Below are positions 32,304-40,753 of a stretch of 64,000 bases of DNA, in pieces; the first letter of the stretch is position 1, and each line of letters starts with the position of its first letter. The notes beneath the pieces are model-generated. The model ran no database searches. It saw only the letters and a program-made list of their open reading frames with translations, and was not told the DNA's origin. Origin of the DNA: Obrimoposthia wandeli (taxonomy: Eukaryota); the NCBI GenBank assembly GCA_977020255.1, contig CDROCS010005192.1, positions 1 through 64,000 of the forward strand, read 5' to 3'. A program made the position numbers and the translations under genes.

Positions 32304-32364
32304 GCATAATAATTGCATTGAAACAGTATTCTATATCTCGATGTCAAAATAAGGACGGCATAAC

Positions 32365-33165
32365 GTGCGAATTTGGTCGATAGCAAATCAGAAAGGCGGA
32401 GTAGGGAAAACCACTTCGGTTGTTTCTCTTGGCGGTCTGTTAGCGGAACGTGGTGCTCGAGTATTATTAATAGACTTGGATCCTCATGGTTCGTTAACGA
32501 GTTATTTTCGTTATGATCCCGATAGCCTAGAAACAAGTTTATACGATTTGTTTTTTAATCAGCGCTGCAAAGACTTAGATTATATTCATAAAGTGATTAA
32601 GCCAACCACGCGTAAAGGGGTTGATTTATTGCCGGCAACGACAGCACTTGCCACTTTAGAGCGGCAAGTCAGTGGTCAAGATGGCATGGGTTTAGTTTTG
32701 GCTAAGACTTTGGCTCAGTTGTGGGATGATTATGATTATGCACTTTTAGATACTCCCCCTATTTTGGGTGTTTTACTGGTGAATGCGCTGGCCGCGTGCC
32801 AGCGTCTAGTTATTCCAACACAAACAGAACATTTAGCGCTTAAAGGTTTAGAGCGCATGGTGCATACATTAAAGATGGTGATGTCATCACAGAATAGACA
32901 ACTGCCTTATACGATTGTGCCCACATTATTTGACCGCCGAACCCATGCTTCTATGATTACTTTGAAAGAAATGCGTCAGCTTTATCCTGAACACGTTTGG
33001 CAAGAAGCGATTCCTATTGATACTAAGTTCCGTGATGCCAGTCATGAAGGCTTATTCCCGAATGAAATGGACAGCTTATCTCGTGGTGTGCGTGCTTATC
33101 GACATTTATTAGCGGAGTTAGATCAAGCAGAAGAGGTGACGCATGAGCGTAGAACATCCCAGTAA
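32365..33165 (+). CDS. Chemotaxis-associated ParA-family ATPase (ParC-like)
   Basis: ANQKGGVGKTT, IDLDPHGSL, DTPP, PTLFDRRT; sits within the che operon as in Vibrio/Pseudomonas. Confidence 0.9.
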   Translation: MRIWSIANQKGGVGKTTSVVSLGGLLAERGARVLLIDLDPHGSLTSYFRYDPDSLETSLYDLFFNQRCKDLDYIHKVIKPTTRKGVDLLPATTALATLERQVSGQDGMGLVLAKTLAQLWDDYDYALLDTPPILGVLLVNALAACQRLVIPTQTEHLALKGLERMVHTLKMVMSSQNRQLPYTIVPTLFDRRTHASMITLKEMRQLYPEHVWQEAIPIDTKFRDASHEGLFPNEMDSLSRGVRAYRHLLAELDQAEEVTHERRTSQ

Positions 33166-33451
33166 CCAAATGAGAATCGCGGGCTACCTCGACATGCTTT
33201 TAGGGGATCATAGCGTTTGGGATGAAAAACTATCCTTGGCGGTTAATCCTCCTATTCGCCCACAAGATACCATTGCTCCTGGGCATTTTTTATTAACGAC
33301 TGAAGATTTTGGCTCGGGATATCGAACAATTAAATTCATTCATTTATTAAACGGTCTGAGTATTTTAAACCAGCTGCCTTTATCCAGATTGAGGTCAGAA
33401 ATAGTACATCGCTGCTTGCCGTTAGCAGCAGAGGCAATGCTTTGTGACTAA
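33143..33451 (+). CDS. Hypothetical 102-aa protein with YLDMLL motif
   Basis: Overlaps both neighbours (parC stop, parP start). GAGG RBS upstream. N-terminal RIAGYLDMLL resembles VLQNYLDQLL of the next gene. Confidence 0.6.
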   Translation: MSVEHPSNQMRIAGYLDMLLGDHSVWDEKLSLAVNPPIRPQDTIAPGHFLLTTEDFGSGYRTIKFIHLLNGLSILNQLPLSRLRSEIVHRCLPLAAEAMLCD

Positions 33452-34286
33452 TCAGCGTAGTACTACGCCATTATTAATTAAAGAAACTTCGACTAAAGTA
33501 AATGTCGTTGAGGGTGTATTACAGAACTATCTCGACCAATTGTTAGTGACGGCTACTCAGCCACCACAAAAAGTCGAAAAAGAAATTAAAATTCCCGATG
33601 AGGTTGCTGTTCTTGAGGTTGAGGCTGATGTTGTAGAGGCAGATGTTGTAGAGGCCGCTGCGATTGAAATTGCCCCTGTGGAACTTGCCACAGTTACAGT
33701 TGAAATCTCGCCTGTTGAAATCGCGTCTGTCACACAGCCTGTCATTGAAGAAAGCTCTGCTATTGTTGTTGAGCGTATATCTGCTTCTATGGCAGAAAGC
33801 GTAACGCAGAAATTACCTTCGTTGACGGATCCTGAATCATGGTCAAGTCAGGGAGTTGAATGTCTTATCTTTAGCGTATGTGGATTAAAACTTGCGGTGC
33901 CACTATTATTTTTGGGTGGTGTGCATGAAGTGGCTAGTGATCAAGTAAAGCCTCTAGTAGGGCAGCCAGTATGGTATTTGGGTATGGTGCATACCGATGA
34001 ACATAATTTGCAAGTAATCGATACCGCGAGCTTGATTATGCCAGAGCGTAATCAGAATTTATCGGAACAAGGATTTAGGTATTTAATTCAGTTGGAAAAA
34101 ACACCTTGGGCAATCGCCTGCCAATCAATTGACGATACAGTGCGCTTGGATGCGTCAGAAATTAAGTGGCGGGGAGAGCGGGGTAAGCGTACTTGGTTAG
34201 CTGGGACAGTGATTGAGAAGATGTGCGCACTAGTTGATGTTAATGGGTTGTTACAACACGTTGATCTGAGCTGTAAGCCTGTTTAA
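33444..34286 (+). CDS. CheW-like domain protein (ParP-like array-localisation adaptor)
   Basis: N-terminal YLDQLL, acidic linker, C-terminal CheW-like domain (FSVCGLKLAVPL...PVWYLG...WLAGTV). Confidence 0.85.
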   Translation: MTNQRSTTPLLIKETSTKVNVVEGVLQNYLDQLLVTATQPPQKVEKEIKIPDEVAVLEVEADVVEADVVEAAAIEIAPVELATVTVEISPVEIASVTQPVIEESSAIVVERISASMAESVTQKLPSLTDPESWSSQGVECLIFSVCGLKLAVPLLFLGGVHEVASDQVKPLVGQPVWYLGMVHTDEHNLQVIDTASLIMPERNQNLSEQGFRYLIQLEKTPWAIACQSIDDTVRLDASEIKWRGERGKRTWLAGTVIEKMCALVDVNGLLQHVDLSCKPV

Positions 34287-34304
34287 ATTTATTTAATTTT
34301 AAGC

Positions 34305-34320
34305 TGGTACAGTTTGTGCT
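34305..34320 (+). promoter_or_regulatory. Possible internal sigma-54 promoter for cheW-DUF2802
   Basis: TGGTAC-AGTTT-GTGCT with correct GG/GC spacing, in the 113-nt intergenic gap. Confidence 0.5.
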
Positions 34321-34399
34321 CTCTACTATAGTTAAGGAAGGTGCAATACGTTTTTTGACGCAAGCCAATTAATTTAGGCCTTTCTAGTGAGGAAGTTTT

Positions 34400-34879
34400 A
34401 TGTCTGCCAATGCTGCGAAAAGTGCAGAGGATCCAATTCTACAGTGGGTGACCTTTCGTTTAGAAAATGAGTCCTACGGTATTAATGTGATGCAGGTGCA
34501 AGAGGTTTTACGTTATACAGAGATCGCTCCTGTTCCAGGCGCGCCTCCGTATGTTTTAGGCATTATTAACCTGCGAGGTAACGTTGTTACTGTGATTGAT
34601 ACGCGCTCTCGATTTGCGCTTCCCAATGCAGAAACAACCGATCAAACGCGGATAGTAATTATTGAAGCGGAAAGCCAAGTTGTAGGTATATTAGTGGATT
34701 CGGTGGCTGAAGTGGTTTATCTACGTCAGTCTGAAATTGAAACCACTCCCAATGTCGGCAACGATGAAAGTGCTAAATTTATTCAAGGCGTTTGTCATAA
34801 AAATGATGAACTTTTAATCTTGGTAGATTTAGAGAAGTTAATGTCAGATGAGGAGTGGATGGAAATTTCTGGTTTTTAA
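34400..34879 (+). CDS. cheW: Chemotaxis coupling protein CheW
   Basis: LQWVTFRL..YGINVMQVQEVLRYTEIAPVPGAP..LGIINLRGNVVTVIDTR. Confidence 0.97.
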   Translation: MSANAAKSAEDPILQWVTFRLENESYGINVMQVQEVLRYTEIAPVPGAPPYVLGIINLRGNVVTVIDTRSRFALPNAETTDQTRIVIIEAESQVVGILVDSVAEVVYLRQSEIETTPNVGNDESAKFIQGVCHKNDELLILVDLEKLMSDEEWMEISGF

Positions 34880-34901
34880 CCAGAAATAGGAGCTTGAAAT
34901 C

Positions 34902-35294
34902 ATGTTGTTATTATCATCTTTATCGATGGTTCACTGGTTATTAATCAGTAATGTTATGCTATTAGTAGCCACTGTTGCAGGCTTTGTTTTAGTCAAACGC
35001 AAGTATGAAAATGACATGCAAAGCTGGCAACAGCAAACACAGAAGTTACGTCATGATTTTGAAGCGATGAATAAAAGTACGTTTGGCATGGGTCGTTGCG
35101 TAAAAAAATTAGAGCAACGTCTCGTTGAAAATGAGCGTAAGCCTGCGTTGGCGACTTCCGATGAGGCTCTGTATCAGCAAGCTCAGCGTTTGGTGGGTAT
35201 GGGCGCATCTGCGGATGATCTAGTCTCCAGCTGCGGTGTTGCACGCGCAGAAGCTGAATTGCTGGTATCAATGAACCGACAAGTAGCTCATTAA
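34902..35294 (+). CDS. DUF2802-like membrane-anchored protein
   Basis: N-terminal TM, coiled coil, YQQAQRLVGMGASADDLVSSCGVARAEAELL; usual gene after cheW. Confidence 0.8.
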   Translation: MLLLSSLSMVHWLLISNVMLLVATVAGFVLVKRKYENDMQSWQQQTQKLRHDFEAMNKSTFGMGRCVKKLEQRLVENERKPALATSDEALYQQAQRLVGMGASADDLVSSCGVARAEAELLVSMNRQVAH

Positions 35295-35330
35295 GTAAGT
35301 AGCTCATTCAGTTAAATAGCTCATTAATTT
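35281..35330 (+). repeat. Three tandem copies of AA(G/A)TAGCTCATT at the end of the che operon
   Basis: aagtagctcattaagt / aagtagctcattcagtt / aaatagctcattaattt; period 16-17 nt. Confidence 0.8.
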
Positions 35331-35461
35331 GGGCTTGATGCTAAAACCTGAGTCATATGCAATTTTGATTGTTACAGTTGCTCTTTATGACAAAATGATC
35401 CGAGTTGAACTCTAGAAGCTTCCTATACTTGTTGTAGATAGGAATGAATGAGGAGGACAAC

Positions 35462-35743
35462 ATGAAGCGGATTTCCGTATTTTCATTTGCAATAATCATC
35501 AGTCTGGCGATCTCGTCGGTAGGCTCAGTGATTACCCCACAGGGTTTATCAGCAGCTGATCTATCAACGATTGATTCATCACAGTGGTTTGCAAGTCAGA
35601 TTTACAGTGCAGCCTTTAATGATATATCCCCCGGTTTTGATGATTTATATGTGATTAAAACCCAAGATAAAGGGCGGGAAATCATTATTTATTGCAATAC
35701 AACATATTGTTATAAAAACCGTAATAGCATGATGACCAGCTAG
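35462..35743 (+). CDS. Small hypothetical exported protein
   Basis: GAGGAGG RBS before ATG 35462; signal-peptide-like MKRISVFSFAIIISLAISSVG. Confidence 0.65.
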   Translation: MKRISVFSFAIIISLAISSVGSVITPQGLSAADLSTIDSSQWFASQIYSAAFNDISPGFDDLYVIKTQDKGREIIIYCNTTYCYKNRNSMMTS

Positions 35744-35907
35744 AAAATAGACGATATACCTTTCAAGCCATACTATTAATCATCAAGGTCAACGCACAGG
35801 CTTTGATGGTATGTTTCTGCGTTAACTCCCCTTGCTCTAAATCTCAACTTCTCCCGAACGCTGTTATTATTCAAGACATTGATTGTAAAGGTCAGTATAT
35901 TTGATCT

Positions 35908-36990
35908 ATGCAAGCGAGAAGTCCAATAAGCAGTGTGATGGGGTTATATAATGAGAATTCAGCGTTGAAAACAGTATCACTTATCTGGGTGCGCGGGGTA
36001 TTGCAGGCTGCAAGCTTGCAGGGGCTTAATGAATCTGAAATTTTAACGAATGCAGGGCTAGATCAGGATTGCCTGAATACTCTTAGCAGCAATGGCCGCA
36101 TGAGCAGTGGTCGTATTAGTCTTGATGATACTTTAGCGCTGTGGCGCTCTGTCGAACAACTTAGTGCCGATCCTTTATTTGGTTTTCATATGGGCAAGTC
36201 ATTAAAGCCTGCTCACTTTCAATTATTAGCATTTACTATGCTCAGCAGCCCGACGTTGGGCCATGCGATTGATAAAATTTTAAAGTATCAGCGATTAATC
36301 AGTGATGGGGGAAGCTTTACTTTATTATCACAAGAGGCCGATAAAGCAATGCTGGTATATACGCCTACGGCAAAAGATTTTAGCTATCACCAGATTGATG
36401 CTGTTTTGGTTGCGGTGCTCAGTTTTGCTCGTTGGTTATCAGGCCGAGAGATTAAGCCCCTTGGGCTGTCTTTCGCTCATTCAGAACTCGGCGGTTTAGA
36501 ACAATATAAAAGTTTTTTTGGTTGTGATATTAAATTAAGTCAACCACACAATAGTATTCTATTTAGTGCTCAGTTATTGCAGGAAGCCTTGCCCGGATTT
36601 GATCAAGGTTTGGCCACTGTGCATGAACAAATGGCGGATAACCAATTGCAGCGGCTAATTGAGCCCGACATCATTGCCAGAGTGCAAGAGCGATTTTTAT
36701 TGGTATCGCCTGAAGGTATTAGTCGCGATGATATTGCGGCTCAATTGGCCATGAGCGGGCGTAGCTTACAGCGTAAATTACAAGAGCAGGGCAGTAGTTT
36801 TCAAAAGCTGCATGATGAGTACCGTCATCAACAGTCTTTGCAGTTATTGGCGAATAGGGATTTATCGTTATTGGATATTTCTTTGCAGTTGGGATTTTCA
36901 GAAAGCAGTACATTCTATCGGGCATTTAAACGCTGGCAAGATGTTACGCCAGGGGAATATCGTCAGCAGTTATTTAATCAATCATGCTGA
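35908..36990 (+). CDS. AraC-family transcriptional regulator (arabinose-binding-like N-domain + HTH)
   Basis: AMSGRSLQRKLQEQG and LGFSESSTFYRAFKRW HTH motifs. Confidence 0.9.
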   Translation: MQARSPISSVMGLYNENSALKTVSLIWVRGVLQAASLQGLNESEILTNAGLDQDCLNTLSSNGRMSSGRISLDDTLALWRSVEQLSADPLFGFHMGKSLKPAHFQLLAFTMLSSPTLGHAIDKILKYQRLISDGGSFTLLSQEADKAMLVYTPTAKDFSYHQIDAVLVAVLSFARWLSGREIKPLGLSFAHSELGGLEQYKSFFGCDIKLSQPHNSILFSAQLLQEALPGFDQGLATVHEQMADNQLQRLIEPDIIARVQERFLLVSPEGISRDDIAAQLAMSGRSLQRKLQEQGSSFQKLHDEYRHQQSLQLLANRDLSLLDISLQLGFSESSTFYRAFKRWQDVTPGEYRQQLFNQSC

Positions 36991-37015
36991 GACAATATAT
37001 TGAAATATACGCAGG

Positions 37016-37987
37016 TTAAAACGTTAGTCCAATACCTATAAAAATTTGTTGCTCCATCGTCTTAGAGTTAGTCAGTTGAAAATCATCACTATCGCTATTC
37101 TGTTGCCAATAATGAACATCTGCTTGCCAGCCTGCATGACTAAGCCAGCGACGATTAAGTCGGTATTGGTAATAGAGTTCAACTTGTCCTCTTAAGCTGA
37201 TTATTTGATTCAGTTCAGAATCAAACTCGGTCATGTCGTTCGGTTCTAGAGCGATTTCTCCTTTACCTAGGCCAAACTGCCAGTTGATATTAAGACCTCG
37301 ATGATGAGACTGGCTTACGATTATTATTTCATCGATGATAGTTTGAGCGAGAAACAAACTGCGTTTTTCAAACGGTGTCACATTGGCTTGAACAGGTTGA
37401 TTGATGGCGGCTCGTTGCAAACGTAATTCAGTTAATGTTTCTTCGTGCGAGTATGGGAAGATAAGGCTTAAACCAAAATAACTTTCTGTTCGATTGAATT
37501 GGACTTTTTGTCCAGAGTTTATTGCAATAGCGTCATTTTCACTTTTGGCATTTGAGGGAATAAAGGTGATTGCTTCTCTTGCTTGCAGAACTTTTTGCCA
37601 ATTTTTCTGGCCGCTAAAAATAGACAGTTGGCCTTGGCCAAAACGTTTAAGCGCAAGTGCGACTTTCCAGGCTTGGCTATTATCATTATTGGTAGCGGTC
37701 TCTGGCGAAGTGTTATTGCTTGTTAATAATTGACTGGATTGGCTGATATATAAGCTAGGTAAGCTGGGAAACCAATTGCCTAGAAATCCTGAATAATAAG
37801 GAATATGTTGGCATTGGTATCCCTGTAAGGGAGTATTGTTGGCTGAGAATTCTGGCAAAGCCCCAAGGTATTGCTGATCACTTTTTAAGGCGCAAGATAG
37901 CGTATTACTGCCAGCATGGGTATTTGATACATACCCACAGAAGAGCAAAGTAAAGGCGACCTTGAATGTGAAAAAATTCTGTTTCAT
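37016..37987 (-). CDS. Hypothetical exported protein, probably outer-membrane beta-barrel
   Basis: Signal peptide ending ..NTHA; amphipathic strands; C-terminal IFIGIGLTF with terminal Phe. Confidence 0.65.
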   Translation of the reverse strand: MKQNFFTFKVAFTLLFCGYVSNTHAGSNTLSCALKSDQQYLGALPEFSANNTPLQGYQCQHIPYYSGFLGNWFPSLPSLYISQSSQLLTSNNTSPETATNNDNSQAWKVALALKRFGQGQLSIFSGQKNWQKVLQAREAITFIPSNAKSENDAIAINSGQKVQFNRTESYFGLSLIFPYSHEETLTELRLQRAAINQPVQANVTPFEKRSLFLAQTIIDEIIIVSQSHHRGLNINWQFGLGKGEIALEPNDMTEFDSELNQIISLRGQVELYYQYRLNRRWLSHAGWQADVHYWQQNSDSDDFQLTNSKTMEQQIFIGIGLTF

Positions 37988-38036
37988 GCCGCCTATATCG
38001 GCTACTTTAGCGAAAGCTAAAGTATAAAAATTTCGG

Positions 38037-38510
38037 TTAAAGGTTATTTATAATATCTAATACATCATCATGGTGACTTTTAGTTTTAACCTTGGCCATT
38101 ACATGGCGCAAGATACCTTCTTCATCAATAATGAAGGTGACGCGGTGAATACCTATGTATTCTTTGCCCATAAATTTCTTCAGTGCCCAAATACCATAAC
38201 TTTCGGCAATAGTATGATCTTCATCAGACAGTAGAGGGAAGTTCAGTTCTTTCTTTTCAGTAAAGCGGGTTAATAATTTAGTTGCATCTGGGCTGATGCC
38301 TAATACGACGGTATTGGCTTTTTCAAAAGCATTTTTGCTATCACGAATACCACAAGCTTGTGTAATGCAGCCTGGCGTCATCGCCTTGGGATAAAAATAC
38401 AGAACGACCTTTTTACCTTTAAAATCGGCTAATGAAACGTCTTCACCGTTTTGGTCGGTGGTAGTGAATTGTGGAGCGATTTGATCGAGAGGAGGGAATG
38501 TTAAGCTCAT
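38037..38510 (-). CDS. bcp: Thioredoxin-dependent peroxiredoxin Bcp
   Basis: VVLYFYPKAMTPGCITQAC, FPLLSD, WALKKFMGKEY. Confidence 0.95.
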   Translation of the reverse strand: MSLTFPPLDQIAPQFTTTDQNGEDVSLADFKGKKVVLYFYPKAMTPGCITQACGIRDSKNAFEKANTVVLGISPDATKLLTRFTEKKELNFPLLSDEDHTIAESYGIWALKKFMGKEYIGIHRVTFIIDEEGILRHVMAKVKTKSHHDDVLDIINNL

Positions 38511-38593
38511 AATGGCAACCTAAATGATAAAAACAGAAAATGTTTACTGAATGAATCATCTAAGTTTGCCATAAAACTGTCTAAAAATAACTA

Positions 38594-38872
38594 TTAGCAG
38601 TTAATCGATTGCTCGGTCAAAAACTTTTCTAGCATTTGCTTGGCCTTATTGCCAGCAGGGCTATTACGGAAGACAAACTCATGAGTTTTGTTTTCTAACA
38701 CAACGAGAACATCTGAACAAAAGTCTCCATCATGATTTTCACGAACAGGCTTCATTCGAACTTCAATAACCTTGTCTAGGTTAAGATAAAATTCTCCAGT
38801 TAGTTCTACTAATTGCTCACCAGCGTTTAGTCTAACAACGGCAACATTGGGTGTAATACATAAGAATGGCAT
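38594..38872 (-). CDS. Hypothetical 92-aa protein
   Basis: AAGGA RBS upstream; co-oriented between yfaE and bcp; no recognisable motif. Confidence 0.65.
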   Translation of the reverse strand: MPFLCITPNVAVVRLNAGEQLVELTGEFYLNLDKVIEVRMKPVRENHDGDFCSDVLVVLENKTHEFVFRNSPAGNKAKQMLEKFLTEQSINC

Positions 38873-38957
38873 ATCAATTTTCCTTTTGCTTTAATTTAGG
38901 TCTAATTAAATACTAGGGCATGCTAATAAAAGAATGTTGATTTGAATCAGTTAAGCG

Positions 38958-39464
38958 TTAGGGAAGCTTGATGCGTATGGCCGTTTTTGGTATGCAGCAA
39001 CAAGGAAGGATTTCATCGTCGTTAATCCAAGCCATAGGCTCTTCGGTATAGTGCACTTCACCTTCTAAAAGCTGAGTGCGACAGCTGCCGCAATAGCCTT
39101 CACGACATTGATAGTTTAGTGTTACATTTTGCGCTTCTAGGGATTCCAATAACGTCTGGGCATGCTGAAAAGATACCGTCTTAGCTTGCTCAGAATTATT
39201 ATGAATCGATACTGAATGAATGGGCTTATCCATGCCGTCTAGATCAATCTGTGCGCTTGGTTCTGGCTGCTCAGGATCTTCAGTCGTTAACAGTAAACTG
39301 TCTTGTACCGGCTCATGGTCGAGCTGGGTTTCAACCGTATCGGCTTCTAAAGAAAAGTTTTCATGCTCGGGGGCTAAGCCATCAAGAAGAAAGTCTTCTT
39401 GATGCTTATTGTTCGATGAAGTGCTCTGTGCTGAGCTGTAGCAAGCGTTCGTTGATTGATTCAT
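38958..39464 (-). CDS. yfaE: 2Fe-2S ferredoxin YfaE (RNR maintenance) with ~77-aa acidic N-terminal extension
   Basis: YQCREGYCGSCR and EILPCCC; 9 nt after the nrdB stop. Confidence 0.9.
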   Translation of the reverse strand: MNQSTNACYSSAQSTSSNNKHQEDFLLDGLAPEHENFSLEADTVETQLDHEPVQDSLLLTTEDPEQPEPSAQIDLDGMDKPIHSVSIHNNSEQAKTVSFQHAQTLLESLEAQNVTLNYQCREGYCGSCRTQLLEGEVHYTEEPMAWINDDEILPCCCIPKTAIRIKLP

Positions 39465-39473
39465 AGCGTTATA

Positions 39474-40604
39474 TTACAGATCGAAGTCGTCAAAACCGTC
39501 CATGTCAACCGCACTATCAATCGCGCCTACCAGATAAGAACTGATTTCAGCTTCTTGTGGGGCAACTTGAACATTATCACTGTTTAACCAGGAATTGATC
39601 CAAGGAAGTGGGTTACTTTTAGCATTAAAAATAGGAGGAAAACCAATAGCTACAATACGCTGGTCGGTAATGTATTCCACATACTGAGCCAAGATAGTCT
39701 GATTAAGACCAATCATTGAACCATCTTTAAATAAGTAGCCAGCCCATTCTTTTTCTTGCTCGGCGGCTTCTAAGAAAATAGCAACAACTTCTTCTTTACA
39801 GCTAGCGGCAATTTCACCCATTTCTGGATCATCTTTACCGGCGGCCATAATTTGTAGAATGTGCTGAGTACCCGTTAGGTGTAATGCTTCATCACGGGCG
39901 ATCAGTTTAATGATCTTGGCATTACCTTCCATTTTTGCACGTTCAGCGAACGCGAAAGAACACGCAAAGCTGACGTAAAAACGAATGGCTTCTAAAACGT
40001 TTACTGAAACCATTGTTAGATACAAGGTACGCTTTAGATCACGTAAGTTAATATCAATGATATTACCGTTGATCGTATGAGTGCCTTCACCTAGCTGCGT
40101 ATAATAGCTGCATTTTGCGATCAGTTCGTCATAGTACTTCGTCACACTAACGGCGCGACGTGTAATGAAATCATTACGAGTAATGTCGTCAAAGACAGCA
40201 CCGGGATCTGCTACAACGTTACGCATAATGTGCGTATAGCTGCGGCTGTGAATTGTTTCGCTGAAAGACCAAGTCTCGATCCATGTTTCTAATTCTGGTA
40301 GCGAGACAATCGGTAGGAAAGCGACGTTTGGTGAGCGGCCTTGTACTGAATCCAACAGTGTTTGATATTTAAGGTTGCTCAAAAATATGTGCTGTTCATG
40401 ATCCGGAAGATCGTTGAAATCTTTACGGTCATTAGCAAGATCCACTTCTTCTGGACGCCAGAAAAAAGATAATTGCTTTTCAATTAGGTTTTCAAAAATT
40501 TTATGTTTTTGAATGTCGTAGCGCGCAACGTTCACCGTTTCACCAAAGAACATAGGTTGTTTTAACGTATCAAAAGTATTTTGGTTGAACGTGGTATAGG
40601 ACAT
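39474..40604 (-). CDS. nrdB: Class Ia ribonucleotide reductase beta subunit
   Basis: [49 protein letters not shown]. Confidence 0.98.
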   Translation of the reverse strand: MSYTTFNQNTFDTLKQPMFFGETVNVARYDIQKHKIFENLIEKQLSFFWRPEEVDLANDRKDFNDLPDHEQHIFLSNLKYQTLLDSVQGRSPNVAFLPIVSLPELETWIETWSFSETIHSRSYTHIMRNVVADPGAVFDDITRNDFITRRAVSVTKYYDELIAKCSYYTQLGEGTHTINGNIIDINLRDLKRTLYLTMVSVNVLEAIRFYVSFACSFAFAERAKMEGNAKIIKLIARDEALHLTGTQHILQIMAAGKDDPEMGEIAASCKEEVVAIFLEAAEQEKEWAGYLFKDGSMIGLNQTILAQYVEYITDQRIVAIGFPPIFNAKSNPLPWINSWLNSDNVQVAPQEAEISSYLVGAIDSAVDMDGFDDFDL

Positions 40605-40656
40605 AAAGGGCTACAACTATAAAAAATAAATGTTATTTAAAATAATAAGCACTATA

Positions 40657-40696
40657 AAAATACGCTGAGTGATTTACATCATGATCAGCGTATTTT
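40657..40696 (-). terminator. Hairpin with U-tract between nrdA and nrdB
   Basis: AAAATACGCTGA...TCAGCGTATTTT, 12-bp stem; the minus strand ends in TTTTT. Confidence 0.6.
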
Positions 40697-40753
40697 AGGT
40701 GATGACTAATTAGCGAGTGGCTTTAAGCTAAGGTTAAAGCCAGATCTAGAAAA

